Assembly: GCA_039811685.1 (NCBI GenBank)
Contig: JBDHZC010000005.1
Coordinates: 150,008 to 214,007, forward strand
Direction: 5' to 3'
DNA length: 64,000 bases
DNA from: Armatimonadota bacterium
Lineage (GTDB): Bacteria > Armatimonadota > UBA5829 > DSUL01
Shown: positions 36,776 to 46,088 of the stretch, in pieces
Numbering within the stretch: position 1 is the first letter of the stretch
Layout: each line of letters starts with the position of its first letter
The notes under the pieces: model-generated
The model's database searches: none
Told to the model about the DNA's origin: nothing
The model's input: the letters and a program-made list of their open reading frames with translations, nothing else
Translations under genes and position numbers: made by a program

Positions 36776-39457
36776 ATGAGTAACAAGCGTGTCTATCTTT
36801 TCTCTGAAGGCAACGCCAAAATGCGAGATCTGCTTGGCGGAAAAGGAGCTAACCTGGCGGAGATGACCAACATCGGCCTGCCTGTGCCGCCGGGGTTTAC
36901 CATCACCACTGAGGCGTGCAATGAGTACACCAGGCTCAAGGCCATGCCTCCGGGGCTTCTCGATGAAGTGAAGGCAGCGCTTGCGCAGGTTGAGAAGGAT
37001 ATGGGACAGAAGCTGGGAGATCCGGCCAACCCGCTTCTTGTGTCCGTGCGCTCCGGAGCCAAGTTCTCCATGCCCGGGATGATGGATACGGTCTTGAATC
37101 TTGGCCTCAACGACCAGACTTGCGAAGGCATAATCAAGCTCACGGGCAACGAGCGCTTCGCCTATGACGCCTACCGCCGCTTCGTCATGATGTTCTCGGA
37201 CATTGTGCTCTCAGGGCAGTACAAGGAGTTGAAGAAGGAGAAGTTTGAGCACATCTTCGACGCTTTGAAAGAGGAAGTCGGCGCCCGGCAGGACACTCAG
37301 GTGGATGCGGCCGGCCTGAAAAAGCTGGTCAAGCAGTTCAAGGACTACTTCAAGAAGATCACGGGCGAGGATTTCCCAACTGACCCTCTTCGCCAGCTTG
37401 AGCTTGCTGTCGAAGCGGTCTTCAAGAGCTGGAACAACGACCGTGCCATCACCTATCGCAACCGCGAGAAGATTTCGCACGACCTCGGCACTGCTGTGAA
37501 CGTGCAGACGATGGTCTATGGCAATATGGGCGATGACTCTGGCACAGGCGTGGCCTTCACCCGCGACGCTGCCACTGGCGAGCATACCATTTACGGCGAG
37601 TTCCTGATGAATGCGCAGGGCGAAGACGTGGTCGCGGGAGTGCGCACGCCTGAGACCATTGACCAGCTTGCTGAGCACAATCCGGAGATCTACAAGCAGT
37701 TTGTGGACATTGCCAGGCTGCTGGAAGATCACTACAAGGATATGCAGGATATCGAGTTTACGATCCAGCAGGGCCGGCTTTTCATCCTGCAGTGCCGCGC
37801 TGGAAAGCGCACTCCACAGGCTGCCATTGAGATTGCTGTTGATCAGGTCAATGAAGGTCTCATCACAAAAGAAGAAGCCATCAAGCGCATGCCCCCGGAT
37901 GTGCCGGGCCTCATGCTTCTGCCTTCGCTGGATTCGGACTACGTGAACCGGCAGAAGCCACTGGTTCTTGCCAAAGGGCTGAATGCCGGCCCCGGTGGCG
38001 CTGTTGGAAGGATTGCAATTGGATCACAGTCTGCCCTGAAGATGGCGGCCTCCGGCGATCCGGTGATCCTGGTTGGGCGCGAAACGACACCGGACGACCT
38101 GGGCGCCATGCTGGCCTCCGTAGGCGTGCTGACCGCCACAGGCGGCAAGACTTCACACGCCGCTCTTGTCGCCCGGCAGTACGGTATTCCCACAGTTTGT
38201 GGCTGTGGTGTGCTGCGTATTGACGACTCCGCGCGCACCATCAGCGCCAACGGCTCGGTCATGAAGGAAGGGGATTTCATCTCTCTTGACGGAACGAACG
38301 GGATGGTCTATCAGGGACAGGTCCCGACCAGAGAGCCGCAGGTCTCTGGAAAGTTCGCCACTTTTATGGAGTGGGTTGACTCCTTCCGGAAGATGGGTGT
38401 GCGGGCAAATGCGGATACTCCCGAGCATGCAGCCGAAGCCGTAGAGCTTGGTGCGGAGGGTATTGGGTTGTGCCGCACGGAGCACATGTTTATGGGTGAC
38501 CGTGTGCCACTTGTCCAGGCGATGATTCTGGCTGAGGACGAGAAGGGACGGGACGAAGCGCTGGACAAGCTTCTTCCGCTGCAGCGGGGCGATTTTGTGG
38601 GCATTTTCAAAGCCATGGACGGACGTCCTGTTACTGTTCGCCTGATTGACCCGCCCCTGCATGAGTTCCTGCCCAGCCTCGAGGAGCTTCTGGTTGAGAC
38701 TACAGAGATGCGCGTGAAGGGCGATCTTGGCAAAGACTACATCGCCAAGATGGCCATTCTTCGCAAGGTGCAGGATTTGCACGAAGCTAATCCGATGCTT
38801 GGGTTGCGCGGTTGCCGCCTGAGCATTTACTTCCCGGGAATCGTCAAGATGCAGGTTGCGGCGATTATCGACGCGGCCTGTGAGCTCAAGAAGCAGGGCC
38901 TGAGCGTTCATCCGGAAATCATGATCCCGCTCGTCGGCGTTGTCACCGAGCTGACCTTCATCCGGGAGCAGCTTGAGCGCGTTGCGCAGGAGACGATGGA
39001 GGCTGAAGGCGTGGAGGTCGAGTACAAGTTCGGCACTATGATTGAGATTCCGCGCGCGGCTCTGACGGCGGACGAGATTGCCAGGGAAGCGGCTTTCTTC
39101 AGCTTCGGAACCAACGACCTCACGCAGATGGCCTACGGTATCAGCCGCGACGACGCTGGCAAGTTCCTGCCGCTCTATATTGAGAAGCAGATTCTGAACG
39201 TAGACCCCACCGAGTCAATCGACGTCAAGGGAGTTGGGAGACTGATGGAGATTTGCGTGGAGGATGCGCGGAAGGTGAATCCAGATATAAAGCTGGGTAT
39301 CTGCGGTGAGCACGGCGGCGATCCGGACTCCGTAAAGTTCTGCAGCAAGCTGGGTCTGAACTACGTTTCCTGTTCGCCCAAGCGCGTGCCGGTAGCCCGG
39401 CTTTCGGCGGCGCAGGCTGAGCTTGAAAAAGACGGCGGTGCGACTCGCGACGTCTAG
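36776..39457 (+). CDS. ppdK: Pyruvate, phosphate dikinase
   Basis: LGGKGANLAEM, SVRSGAKFSMPGMMDT, NAQGEDVVAG, GGKTSHAA, GIGLCRTEHMF, SFGTNDLTQ, GICGEHGG. Confidence 0.98.
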   Translation: MSNKRVYLFSEGNAKMRDLLGGKGANLAEMTNIGLPVPPGFTITTEACNEYTRLKAMPPGLLDEVKAALAQVEKDMGQKLGDPANPLLVSVRSGAKFSMPGMMDTVLNLGLNDQTCEGIIKLTGNERFAYDAYRRFVMMFSDIVLSGQYKELKKEKFEHIFDALKEEVGARQDTQVDAAGLKKLVKQFKDYFKKITGEDFPTDPLRQLELAVEAVFKSWNNDRAITYRNREKISHDLGTAVNVQTMVYGNMGDDSGTGVAFTRDAATGEHTIYGEFLMNAQGEDVVAGVRTPETIDQLAEHNPEIYKQFVDIARLLEDHYKDMQDIEFTIQQGRLFILQCRAGKRTPQAAIEIAVDQVNEGLITKEEAIKRMPPDVPGLMLLPSLDSDYVNRQKPLVLAKGLNAGPGGAVGRIAIGSQSALKMAASGDPVILVGRETTPDDLGAMLASVGVLTATGGKTSHAALVARQYGIPTVCGCGVLRIDDSARTISANGSVMKEGDFISLDGTNGMVYQGQVPTREPQVSGKFATFMEWVDSFRKMGVRANADTPEHAAEAVELGAEGIGLCRTEHMFMGDRVPLVQAMILAEDEKGRDEALDKLLPLQRGDFVGIFKAMDGRPVTVRLIDPPLHEFLPSLEELLVETTEMRVKGDLGKDYIAKMAILRKVQDLHEANPMLGLRGCRLSIYFPGIVKMQVAAIIDAACELKKQGLSVHPEIMIPLVGVVTELTFIREQLERVAQETMEAEGVEVEYKFGTMIEIPRAALTADEIAREAAFFSFGTNDLTQMAYGISRDDAGKFLPLYIEKQILNVDPTESIDVKGVGRLMEICVEDARKVNPDIKLGICGEHGGDPDSVKFCSKLGLNYVSCSPKRVPVARLSAAQAELEKDGGATRDV

Positions 39458-39483
39458 GAGCCTTCACGGCATTGACTTCTGCG

Positions 39484-39512
39484 AAGGCCGCCCCGAAAGG
39501 GGCGGCCTTTTT
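39484..39512 (+). terminator. Intrinsic terminator after ppdK
   Basis: AAGGCCGCCCC-GAAA-GGGGCGGCCTT followed by TTT. Confidence 0.92.
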
Positions 39513-39561
39513 CAATGATAACCTGGCTCAGTTTCTGTCGCGTATGTCCGGTCGCTCCCGA

Positions 39562-40449
39562 TCAGCTTTCCAGCAACCCTCTGTGATCCAGCCCCGATAG
39601 CAGCATGTGGAAGTAAACCAGACCCGCATAAGGACGCCACGCACTCAGAATCTCGTGCACGCTCTTGTAGTCCAGGGGGGCCTCGATTCCCAGCCAGCTC
39701 TGAAGTCTTCCGCGGGCGCCAACATCGTCGCCCGGGAACAGATTCGTACGTCCAAATCCTCGTAAAAGCGCATATTCCGCGCTCCAGCGTCCGATGCCCT
39801 TCAGGCGGCTCAGCCGCTCGACTATCGCCTCATCCTCCAGCGGTTCCAGCTCTGCTTCATCAACTTCGCCGTTTGCGAAGGCCTCTCCGAGAGCTATCAG
39901 CGAGTTCGCTTTGGCCCGGCTCAGCTTCAGCGCTCGCAGCTCATCAAAATCCGCTGCGGCAAGGGCTTCAGGTTCGGGAAAAGCTGCAAGTCCGCTGGCA
40001 GAGTGTTGTCCAAGTGCTGCGCACACCCGGCTCAGTATCTGCAGGCCGACCGTGAGCGTAATCTGTTGACAGCAAACTGCGTTGACCAATGCCTCGAACA
40101 ATGTCGGGTAGCGCGGTGGATGAAATCCTTGAAAGCGCATGGCCAGCTCCCACAGACGGCTGTCTTTGCGCGCCATCTCGAAAAACGGCTTCATATTCAC
40201 ATTCAACCCGAGCAGCCGCGTCAGAATCGGCGCTGCGTCAACCTCTGCGTCCGTTACGCTCGCCTGCAGCTCCGTTGGCCCGCTCTGGGTGACTGACACT
40301 TCCACGGCACCCTTGCGGGTCAGGAAAGCGCGGGAGTAAGTCTGACCATCCCATCGGTCTATCTGGTTGTCCACCCGCCTGCGCAGCGCCCACACGGTGA
40401 AATCCAGCCGGAAAGGAGGCGCCGCCTGTATTCTTATCAGTTCACTCAC
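39562..40449 (-). CDS. alkA: AlkA-type DNA-3-methyladenine glycosylase II
   Basis: PFRLDFT, FEALVNAVCCQQI, FPEPEAL, HhH LKGIGRWSAEY, FPGDD, WRPY. Start placed at GTG 40449 (uncertain). Confidence 0.9.
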   Translation of the reverse strand: MSELIRIQAAPPFRLDFTVWALRRRVDNQIDRWDGQTYSRAFLTRKGAVEVSVTQSGPTELQASVTDAEVDAAPILTRLLGLNVNMKPFFEMARKDSRLWELAMRFQGFHPPRYPTLFEALVNAVCCQQITLTVGLQILSRVCAALGQHSASGLAAFPEPEALAAADFDELRALKLSRAKANSLIALGEAFANGEVDEAELEPLEDEAIVERLSRLKGIGRWSAEYALLRGFGRTNLFPGDDVGARGRLQSWLGIEAPLDYKSVHEILSAWRPYAGLVYFHMLLSGLDHRGLLES

Positions 40450-40581
40450 GATAGTATTTTTATCCCCGAGAAGCCGGTGCGGCAATCCTGAGCGCAACCA
40501 GACGCTAAATGGAGCGCCAGACTGCGGGTGCGGCAGGTTGAATACTGCGGGGCGGTGAAATCGCTTACTGGAGGAGGCTGT

Positions 40582-43155
40582 ATGAAGCGTTGTGGCTATG
40601 TGAGTCTGGTTCAGATTCCGCTTCAGGCTCGGGTATTAGTAGTAGCGGTTGTAATTGGAGGAGTTGTGGCGATGGCGGCACACGCGCAGACGGGCAGTAC
40701 AACAGGCTTTGTCGAGAAGTTCAGTTCTACAAAGCTGCCATCCCCGTTGCGCTGGCATGCGCCCGTGCCGGGACCGGTGTACCGCATCAGTAATGGCGCC
40801 CTCCACATTGAACTCCCTGAATCCGTGGGTGGATTTGACGTCTGGACAGAGTCCGATAACGCTCCCTCGCTCTTTGCTGAGGCGCCTGTGGGAGACTGGG
40901 ACATGTCTGCGCGTATCCGCCTGGAGCATGTGCCAGCGGAGGCAGAGTTCCACGCAGGGCTGGCGGAGCGCTTCTCAGATGGGCACACGATGCTATGGGG
41001 ACCTTATCAAAGCCGGCGTTTCACGGGAGTTGATGGACGGCAGATATGGCTTGAGCGCACGGGTGAAGGGCGGATGGATGCGCTTTCAATGTCTGGAGAT
41101 GTAGTGGATTTGCGCGTTGAAAAGCGGGGCGCGCACTACACGTTCGCCCTGCGCCGTGAGGGAGAAGCCTCCTGGAGTGAGGTCGCAGCCACCTCTTCAC
41201 TCAGCGAAGCGAAGCAGGTTGGCGTCGTGGTGAAGACATTTTCTTCGGATGGAGGCCGTTCACAGCCGGTCTCTGTGGCGGTGGAGGAGCTCGCGCTGAC
41301 ACCAGTGGAGGAAGCGAGCGCAAGCGCAAATGACGGCTCTGTCAGGATTGACGTCACACGCGATGGCCTGTTCAAAGTGGATCGCAACATATACGGGCAC
41401 TTCATTGAGCACCTCGGAAAGTGTATTCACAGGGGCCTGTGGGCGGAGCTTCTGAACAATCGGAAGTTCGCCGGGTCAACCTCGGCAAAGGGAGTTATTG
41501 AGCGCTGGGAGCCGGTTGGTACGGCGGACTTTTCTGACGGACACGACGATCCCTACACGGGCGGACAGTATCAGCGCATCGTTCTGACTGGCGCTCCGGC
41601 TGGCATTGCTCAGGCGGGAATTGGGTTGATTGCTGACAAGAGCTACGATGTGCGCATCATCGCCCGCGCGCCTGACCAGAAGGCCAGCCTTCGAGCGCGG
41701 CTCGGTGCGGCAGAGGTGGAGGTCGGCGCCCCGCGTGTGACCTGGCAGGAGTTCAAGGTGACCCTGAAAAGCGCTCAAAACACGGCGCAGGGACGCTTTG
41801 AGATTCTCGCATCCGGCTCAGGCCGAGTGGATATCGGCTGTGTCTCCGTCATGCCCTCAGACAATCTGCAGGGCTTCCGGCGTGACGTGATTGAAACCGT
41901 GCGGGCTATCAAACCGCCGAATGTCCGGTGGCCGGGTGGAAACTTCGTCTCCGGTTACGACTGGCGCGAAGGCATTGGACCCCGGGACAGACGTCCGCCG
42001 CGCTGGGATCGAGCCTGGCGCGCGTGGGAGATGAACGACGTCGGGACAGATGAGTTCATAGACTTCTGCCGTCTGCTGGACACGCAGCCCTATATTTGCG
42101 TGAATGCGGGGGAGGGCACGCCACGACAGGCTGCGGAGTGGGTAGAGTATTGTAACGGCTCAACGAACACGGCGATGGGCGCTCTGCGCGCAGCTAACGG
42201 CCATCCGCAACCGTACGATGTCCTTTTGTGGGGCACCGGTAACGAGATATGGGGTGACTGGCAACTGGGGCACGTCAGCGCCGTGATTCACGCGCTAAAA
42301 GCGGTGGAGTTGGCGCGGGCGATGCTCGCAGTGGATCCACGGCTGAAGCTTGTGTTGTGCGGTGTGGATGGCGACAGCTATGGTGACTGGAACCGCCAGA
42401 TTCTTCCTGTCGCCGGACAGTACCACGACTATCTTGCTGTCCACTACTACAAACGCGCAAGCTTCGCTGATCCGCCAGCCCTGCTCTACGAAAGCGTTGT
42501 CACTGCGCCGGACGACGTAGAGCAGCGTCTGCGCCACACCCTCGAGATCATCAGAGAGAAGATTCCCCAGCGTCCGATTCCCGTCGCCTTTGACGAGTGG
42601 AACGTCAGCTATGCAAGAGCATTGCAGCAAAATCCGCTCACCGACCAACCGCCGCTTGCTGATGCTTTGTTTGAAGCTGGTGTCTTCCACGCGATGATCC
42701 GGCTGGGCGATCGCGTGACGCTGGCCAATCTCGCGCAGCTTGTGAATGTGCTCGGGCTGCTTCGCGTGTCAGACACAGAGGTCCTCAAGACGCCGGGTTT
42801 TCTGGCTTTCGAGATGTATGCGCCACACTTCTATGGTCAGGCGCAGAGCGTGACGCTTCCAGAGCGCTTGCGCGGGCTTGTTGACATTGTCGCTGTGCGT
42901 CCGGAAAACGCAGGGACCCTTGCGGTCGGCCTCATTAACCGCAGTCTGGACCGCGCATGTCCGGTTACGTTAGCGCTCAGTGGATTCAAGCCTCAGCGCG
43001 TCAGCCTGATGCGCATCAACGCAAGCTCCATCGAAGCCACGAATACCTGGAAGAATCCTGATGCCATCAGAATCCTGCGCGAGAATCCGAAGTGGACGCC
43101 GCACTGGGAGCTGCCTGCGCACTCTGTCACAGTGCTGCTGTTGAGTGAGCGCTAG
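40582..43155 (+). CDS. Secreted GH51 alpha-L-arabinofuranosidase with N-terminal beta-sandwich domains
   Basis: IYGHFIEH, RWPGGNFVSGYDW, GTDEF, WVEYCN, GNE, FDEWN, ANLAQLVN. GGAGG RBS. Confidence 0.88.
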   Translation: MKRCGYVSLVQIPLQARVLVVAVVIGGVVAMAAHAQTGSTTGFVEKFSSTKLPSPLRWHAPVPGPVYRISNGALHIELPESVGGFDVWTESDNAPSLFAEAPVGDWDMSARIRLEHVPAEAEFHAGLAERFSDGHTMLWGPYQSRRFTGVDGRQIWLERTGEGRMDALSMSGDVVDLRVEKRGAHYTFALRREGEASWSEVAATSSLSEAKQVGVVVKTFSSDGGRSQPVSVAVEELALTPVEEASASANDGSVRIDVTRDGLFKVDRNIYGHFIEHLGKCIHRGLWAELLNNRKFAGSTSAKGVIERWEPVGTADFSDGHDDPYTGGQYQRIVLTGAPAGIAQAGIGLIADKSYDVRIIARAPDQKASLRARLGAAEVEVGAPRVTWQEFKVTLKSAQNTAQGRFEILASGSGRVDIGCVSVMPSDNLQGFRRDVIETVRAIKPPNVRWPGGNFVSGYDWREGIGPRDRRPPRWDRAWRAWEMNDVGTDEFIDFCRLLDTQPYICVNAGEGTPRQAAEWVEYCNGSTNTAMGALRAANGHPQPYDVLLWGTGNEIWGDWQLGHVSAVIHALKAVELARAMLAVDPRLKLVLCGVDGDSYGDWNRQILPVAGQYHDYLAVHYYKRASFADPPALLYESVVTAPDDVEQRLRHTLEIIREKIPQRPIPVAFDEWNVSYARALQQNPLTDQPPLADALFEAGVFHAMIRLGDRVTLANLAQLVNVLGLLRVSDTEVLKTPGFLAFEMYAPHFYGQAQSVTLPERLRGLVDIVAVRPENAGTLAVGLINRSLDRACPVTLALSGFKPQRVSLMRINASSIEATNTWKNPDAIRILRENPKWTPHWELPAHSVTVLLLSER

Positions 43156-44600
43156 GCCTGAGATTCGGACTCAGCTTCTGCGGCCATCGCCAGCGCGCCA
43201 TTTGCTCCGTCCGCTGTCCCTCTCACTCCGGAGACGACAGCTCCAAGAGCCGCAACGATTGCTGCCGCCAGAAAGCAGGCGCGAGAAGCGAAGAACACGA
43301 CTTCCCCGGAGAGGTCGCGGGGCCCAGTCAACGTGGTGAATATAGCGCCTGCCAGCCCGACGCCGCACGCCATCCCCGTATTGCGGGCTGTCGCAAGCAT
43401 TCCGGAGGCTATGCCCTGCCGGTTGGCCGGCGCTGCGCCCATGAGAGCAGAGTTGTTGGGAGAGGTGAATAGCCCGGAGCCCAGTCCGGAAAGGGCGAGG
43501 CTGAGCGCGATGTAGGTCAGAGGTGTCGCTTGTCCGACTCTTGCCAGCATCAGGCTGCCTGCCGCAAGCGCCAGCATGCCGGCTGTGGCTGGAAACCGCG
43601 TGCCTATGCGGTCGGAGAGCGTTCCGCTGAGCGGTGCGACAATGGCCATTACCAGAGGTTGCGCTGTCATCACCAGGCCGGCTCTGGCCGCATCCAGCCC
43701 GCAGCCCTGGATCAGATAGAATGGCAGGATAAACAGCACAACATAGCTGGTCGTGTATTGCAGAACAGCACTCACTGTAGAGGTCGAGAACAGCCAGCTT
43801 CGAAACAGACTCAGGTCCAGCATGGGCTGGCGATCTATATGCTCCCACCAGAGAAACACGCTCAGGAGAACGGCCGAAGTCGCGACAAGCCCCAGCGTTA
43901 GCGCAGACTTCCAGCCCCAGGCATGTCCCTGGTTGAGCGCCAGAAGCAGACACACCAGACCTGAGGTGAAGAGCGCTGCGCCAGTGAAGTCAAAGCGTTC
44001 GTGTCCAGCGCCCGGATCTTTTGGGATAAAGCGCCAACCCAGCCACAGTGCAAGGGACCCTGTCGGCACGTTGATATAGAACACCGACCGCCAACCGAGT
44101 GAGTGCGCCAGAAATCCTCCGAGCGCCGGCCCGACAGTCAGACCGAGATAAGTCATTGTTGCCTGCAAGCCCAGAGCTTTTCCACGTTCTGAAGCCGGGA
44201 AGCCGCCTGTGAGAATAGCTGGTGCGTTAGCGAAAAGCATAGCTCCGCCGACCGCCTGCACACCCCGAAACGCTACCAGCCACCAGACGCTCCATGACAG
44301 CCCGCACAACCCAGAGCTGATGACAAAGATGATGAAGCCCGTGAGATAGATGTTTCTGTGACCGCGCATGTCGCCCAGGCGGCCAAAGCTGAGGAGCACG
44401 CCGCTGAGGACCAGTAGATAGACTGTGACAATCCACTCCACGGATGCGACGTCTGTGCGCATCACCTCGCGGATGACCGGCAGTACGACGTTGACAACGC
44501 TTGCGTCCAGCGCAGACATGAAAGTGCCGGCGCCTATCGCCAGCAGAATCATCCACTTGCCGGTATCGTTGGGCGCGGATAGAGGCCGAGGGCTGTTCAT
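43152..44600 (-). CDS. MFS transporter, DHA2 (14-TM) family
   Basis: FMSALDASVVNV.LP, FGRLGDMRG, GPALGG, WRSVFYINVP, G.LSDRIG. Confidence 0.92.
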   Translation of the reverse strand: MNSPRPLSAPNDTGKWMILLAIGAGTFMSALDASVVNVVLPVIREVMRTDVASVEWIVTVYLLVLSGVLLSFGRLGDMRGHRNIYLTGFIIFVISSGLCGLSWSVWWLVAFRGVQAVGGAMLFANAPAILTGGFPASERGKALGLQATMTYLGLTVGPALGGFLAHSLGWRSVFYINVPTGSLALWLGWRFIPKDPGAGHERFDFTGAALFTSGLVCLLLALNQGHAWGWKSALTLGLVATSAVLLSVFLWWEHIDRQPMLDLSLFRSWLFSTSTVSAVLQYTTSYVVLFILPFYLIQGCGLDAARAGLVMTAQPLVMAIVAPLSGTLSDRIGTRFPATAGMLALAAGSLMLARVGQATPLTYIALSLALSGLGSGLFTSPNNSALMGAAPANRQGIASGMLATARNTGMACGVGLAGAIFTTLTGPRDLSGEVVFFASRACFLAAAIVAALGAVVSGVRGTADGANGALAMAAEAESESQA

Positions 44601-44679
44601 ACAGCAGGGAGTATAGTCGCCCCGCTTCCGCCTGTCAGCCCCGGCGAAGGCATTCACTCACCCAGGGCAGCGTCTGGTT

Positions 44680-45222
44680 TTAGTCCGCTCCCGCGCCCCA
44701 GCCGCCGGCGTACGGCAGATAGTCTCTCCACGCCTCATTGCGCTGGCCATCTACGTACTTCGTGAGGCTGACGAAAGGAACCCACTTTGGCCGTCTCGGA
44801 GGATGCGTCAGATGGAAGCCGATCTGCTGGAGGCTTTTGTCGCCCTTCTTGATGTTACATTTGCGGCAGCAGCAGACCAGATTCTCCCAGTCCGTGCGTC
44901 CGCCAAGCCGGCGCGGGATGACGTGGTCAATGGTCAGCTCATGTGAGCGCGCGCCGCAGTACTGACAGGTGTAGTTGTCCCGTGCGAAAATTGAGCGCCT
45001 CGACAACCGCAGCCGTGGATACGGCCGCTTGATATGATAGCGCAGCCGCACAACGGAGGGACTGATCATCGTGGTACTGCACGAATGGATCTCCATGTGA
45101 TCGCTATGCAGCACATCCACCTTGCCGAGGTAGATCAGCCCGATAGCCCGCTTCATATTGCAGATGTTAATCGGTTCGTAGTCGCTGTTCAGGACCAGGA
45201 CATCCTGGTTGAGTGGGTTCAT
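44680..45222 (-). CDS. HNH endonuclease (McrA-like)
   Basis: VLVLNSDYEP, RDNYTCQYCG, LTIDHVIPR..GG..WENLVCCCRKCN..KG. Confidence 0.93.
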   Translation of the reverse strand: MNPLNQDVLVLNSDYEPINICNMKRAIGLIYLGKVDVLHSDHMEIHSCSTTMISPSVVRLRYHIKRPYPRLRLSRRSIFARDNYTCQYCGARSHELTIDHVIPRRLGGRTDWENLVCCCRKCNIKKGDKSLQQIGFHLTHPPRRPKWVPFVSLTKYVDGQRNEAWRDYLPYAGGWGAGAD

Positions 45223-45294
45223 ATATGTCCCATCGCTGCCAGAGGCTCAGCCATCTCACTGGCGTATTAGCCCCTCGGAGCGCGGACCGGCAAC

Positions 45295-45333
45295 AAAAAA
45301 GCCCGCTCTTCGTCAGGACGAGTGGGAGCGGAC
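45295..45333 (-). terminator. Intrinsic terminator in the HNH gene leader (attenuator)
   Basis: Minus strand GTCCGCTC...TCGT-CCTG-ACGA...GAGCGGGC followed by TTTTTT, located between the promoter and the HNH ATG. Confidence 0.8.
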
Positions 45334-45334
45334 T

Positions 45335-45448
45335 TCAGGCGCGCAAAAACATCTGGCCAGAGGTTGAATGGCGGAAGACGAACTCTTCCAGCGCCCTCTG
45401 TCTATCCTTGAGGCAAATCGCGTTGTGTTCAGGTGGGGTGGCGTTCAT
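45335..45448 (-). CDS. Putative 37-aa leader peptide MNATPPEHNAICLKDRQRALEEFVFRHSTSGQMFLRA
   Basis: ATG-to-TGA ORF between the promoter and the terminator. Its stop ends 1 nt before the terminator stem. Weak SD. Confidence 0.5.
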   Translation of the reverse strand: MNATPPEHNAICLKDRQRALEEFVFRHSTSGQMFLRA

Positions 45449-45508
45449 TCAGTTGACACCCGGGAAAAGCGCCGGCGAACCGGCGCAAAAACCTTTCCCA
45501 ACTCTTTT

Positions 45509-45538
45509 ATTATAAAAAGCCGGGACAAGGCGTGTCAA
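45509..45538 (-). promoter_or_regulatory. Consensus sigma70 promoter of the HNH leader
   Basis: TTGACA-18 nt-TATAAT on the minus strand. Confidence 0.85.
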
Positions 45539-45667
45539 GACGTCTTTCGGACGGGGTGATCTGAGGGTTATCAACGGGTGCGCATGGCTCTCGTTTGCAG
45601 GCTATGCTATGATGGTTTCTGGAGAGCGGATCGCGGTGCAAAGCGAGCCGCCAGAGGACAGTTAGGT

Positions 45668-46015
45668 TTGCGTCTTGTCACGCTGTTAAAGGGAAAAATC
45701 CACCGGGCCACTGTAACTGACGCCAATGTTGACTATGTTGGCAGCGTCACGGTGGATGCGGACTTGCTTGAGCGCGCGGGCATTCTGGTTGGGGAACTGG
45801 TGCACGTGTGGAACGTCACAAATGGTGAGCGCCTCACTACGTACGCCCTGGCGGGTGAGCGCAATTCCGGTATTATCCAGGTGAATGGATCGGCGGCCCA
45901 TCGGGCAAAAGCGGGTGACAAAGTCATCATTGTTGCGTTCATACATACAGATGAGCCTGTGGAGCCCAAAGTCGTTCTCGTGGACGACGCCAACAAGTTT
46001 GTCAAGTATCTCTAG
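45668..46015 (+). CDS. panD: Aspartate 1-decarboxylase
   Basis: [19 protein letters not shown] cleavage site, [18 protein letters not shown] start. Confidence 0.95.
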   Translation: MRLVTLLKGKIHRATVTDANVDYVGSVTVDADLLERAGILVGELVHVWNVTNGERLTTYALAGERNSGIIQVNGSAAHRAKAGDKVIIVAFIHTDEPVEPKVVLVDDANKFVKYL

Positions 46016-46088
46016 GCGCCTGCGCTTGAGCGGGGCGCGGGCATCATCTCGCTTTTGTCTCGTATCTGACAGGCACAGGAGCCAACAC

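Noticed and set aside
1..45222. A dedicated DNA-repair island (comM, yhaNO-like, polB, polX, mpg, alkA, HNH)
   Set aside because: The genes are scattered among unrelated housekeeping genes and share no visible operator; likely chance.
44680..45510. IscB/HEARO (OMEGA) or Cas9-like RNA-guided system
   Set aside because: The protein is only 180 aa with no RuvC, PLMP or bridge-helix features. The adjacent RNA looks like a terminated leader and there are no IS ends.
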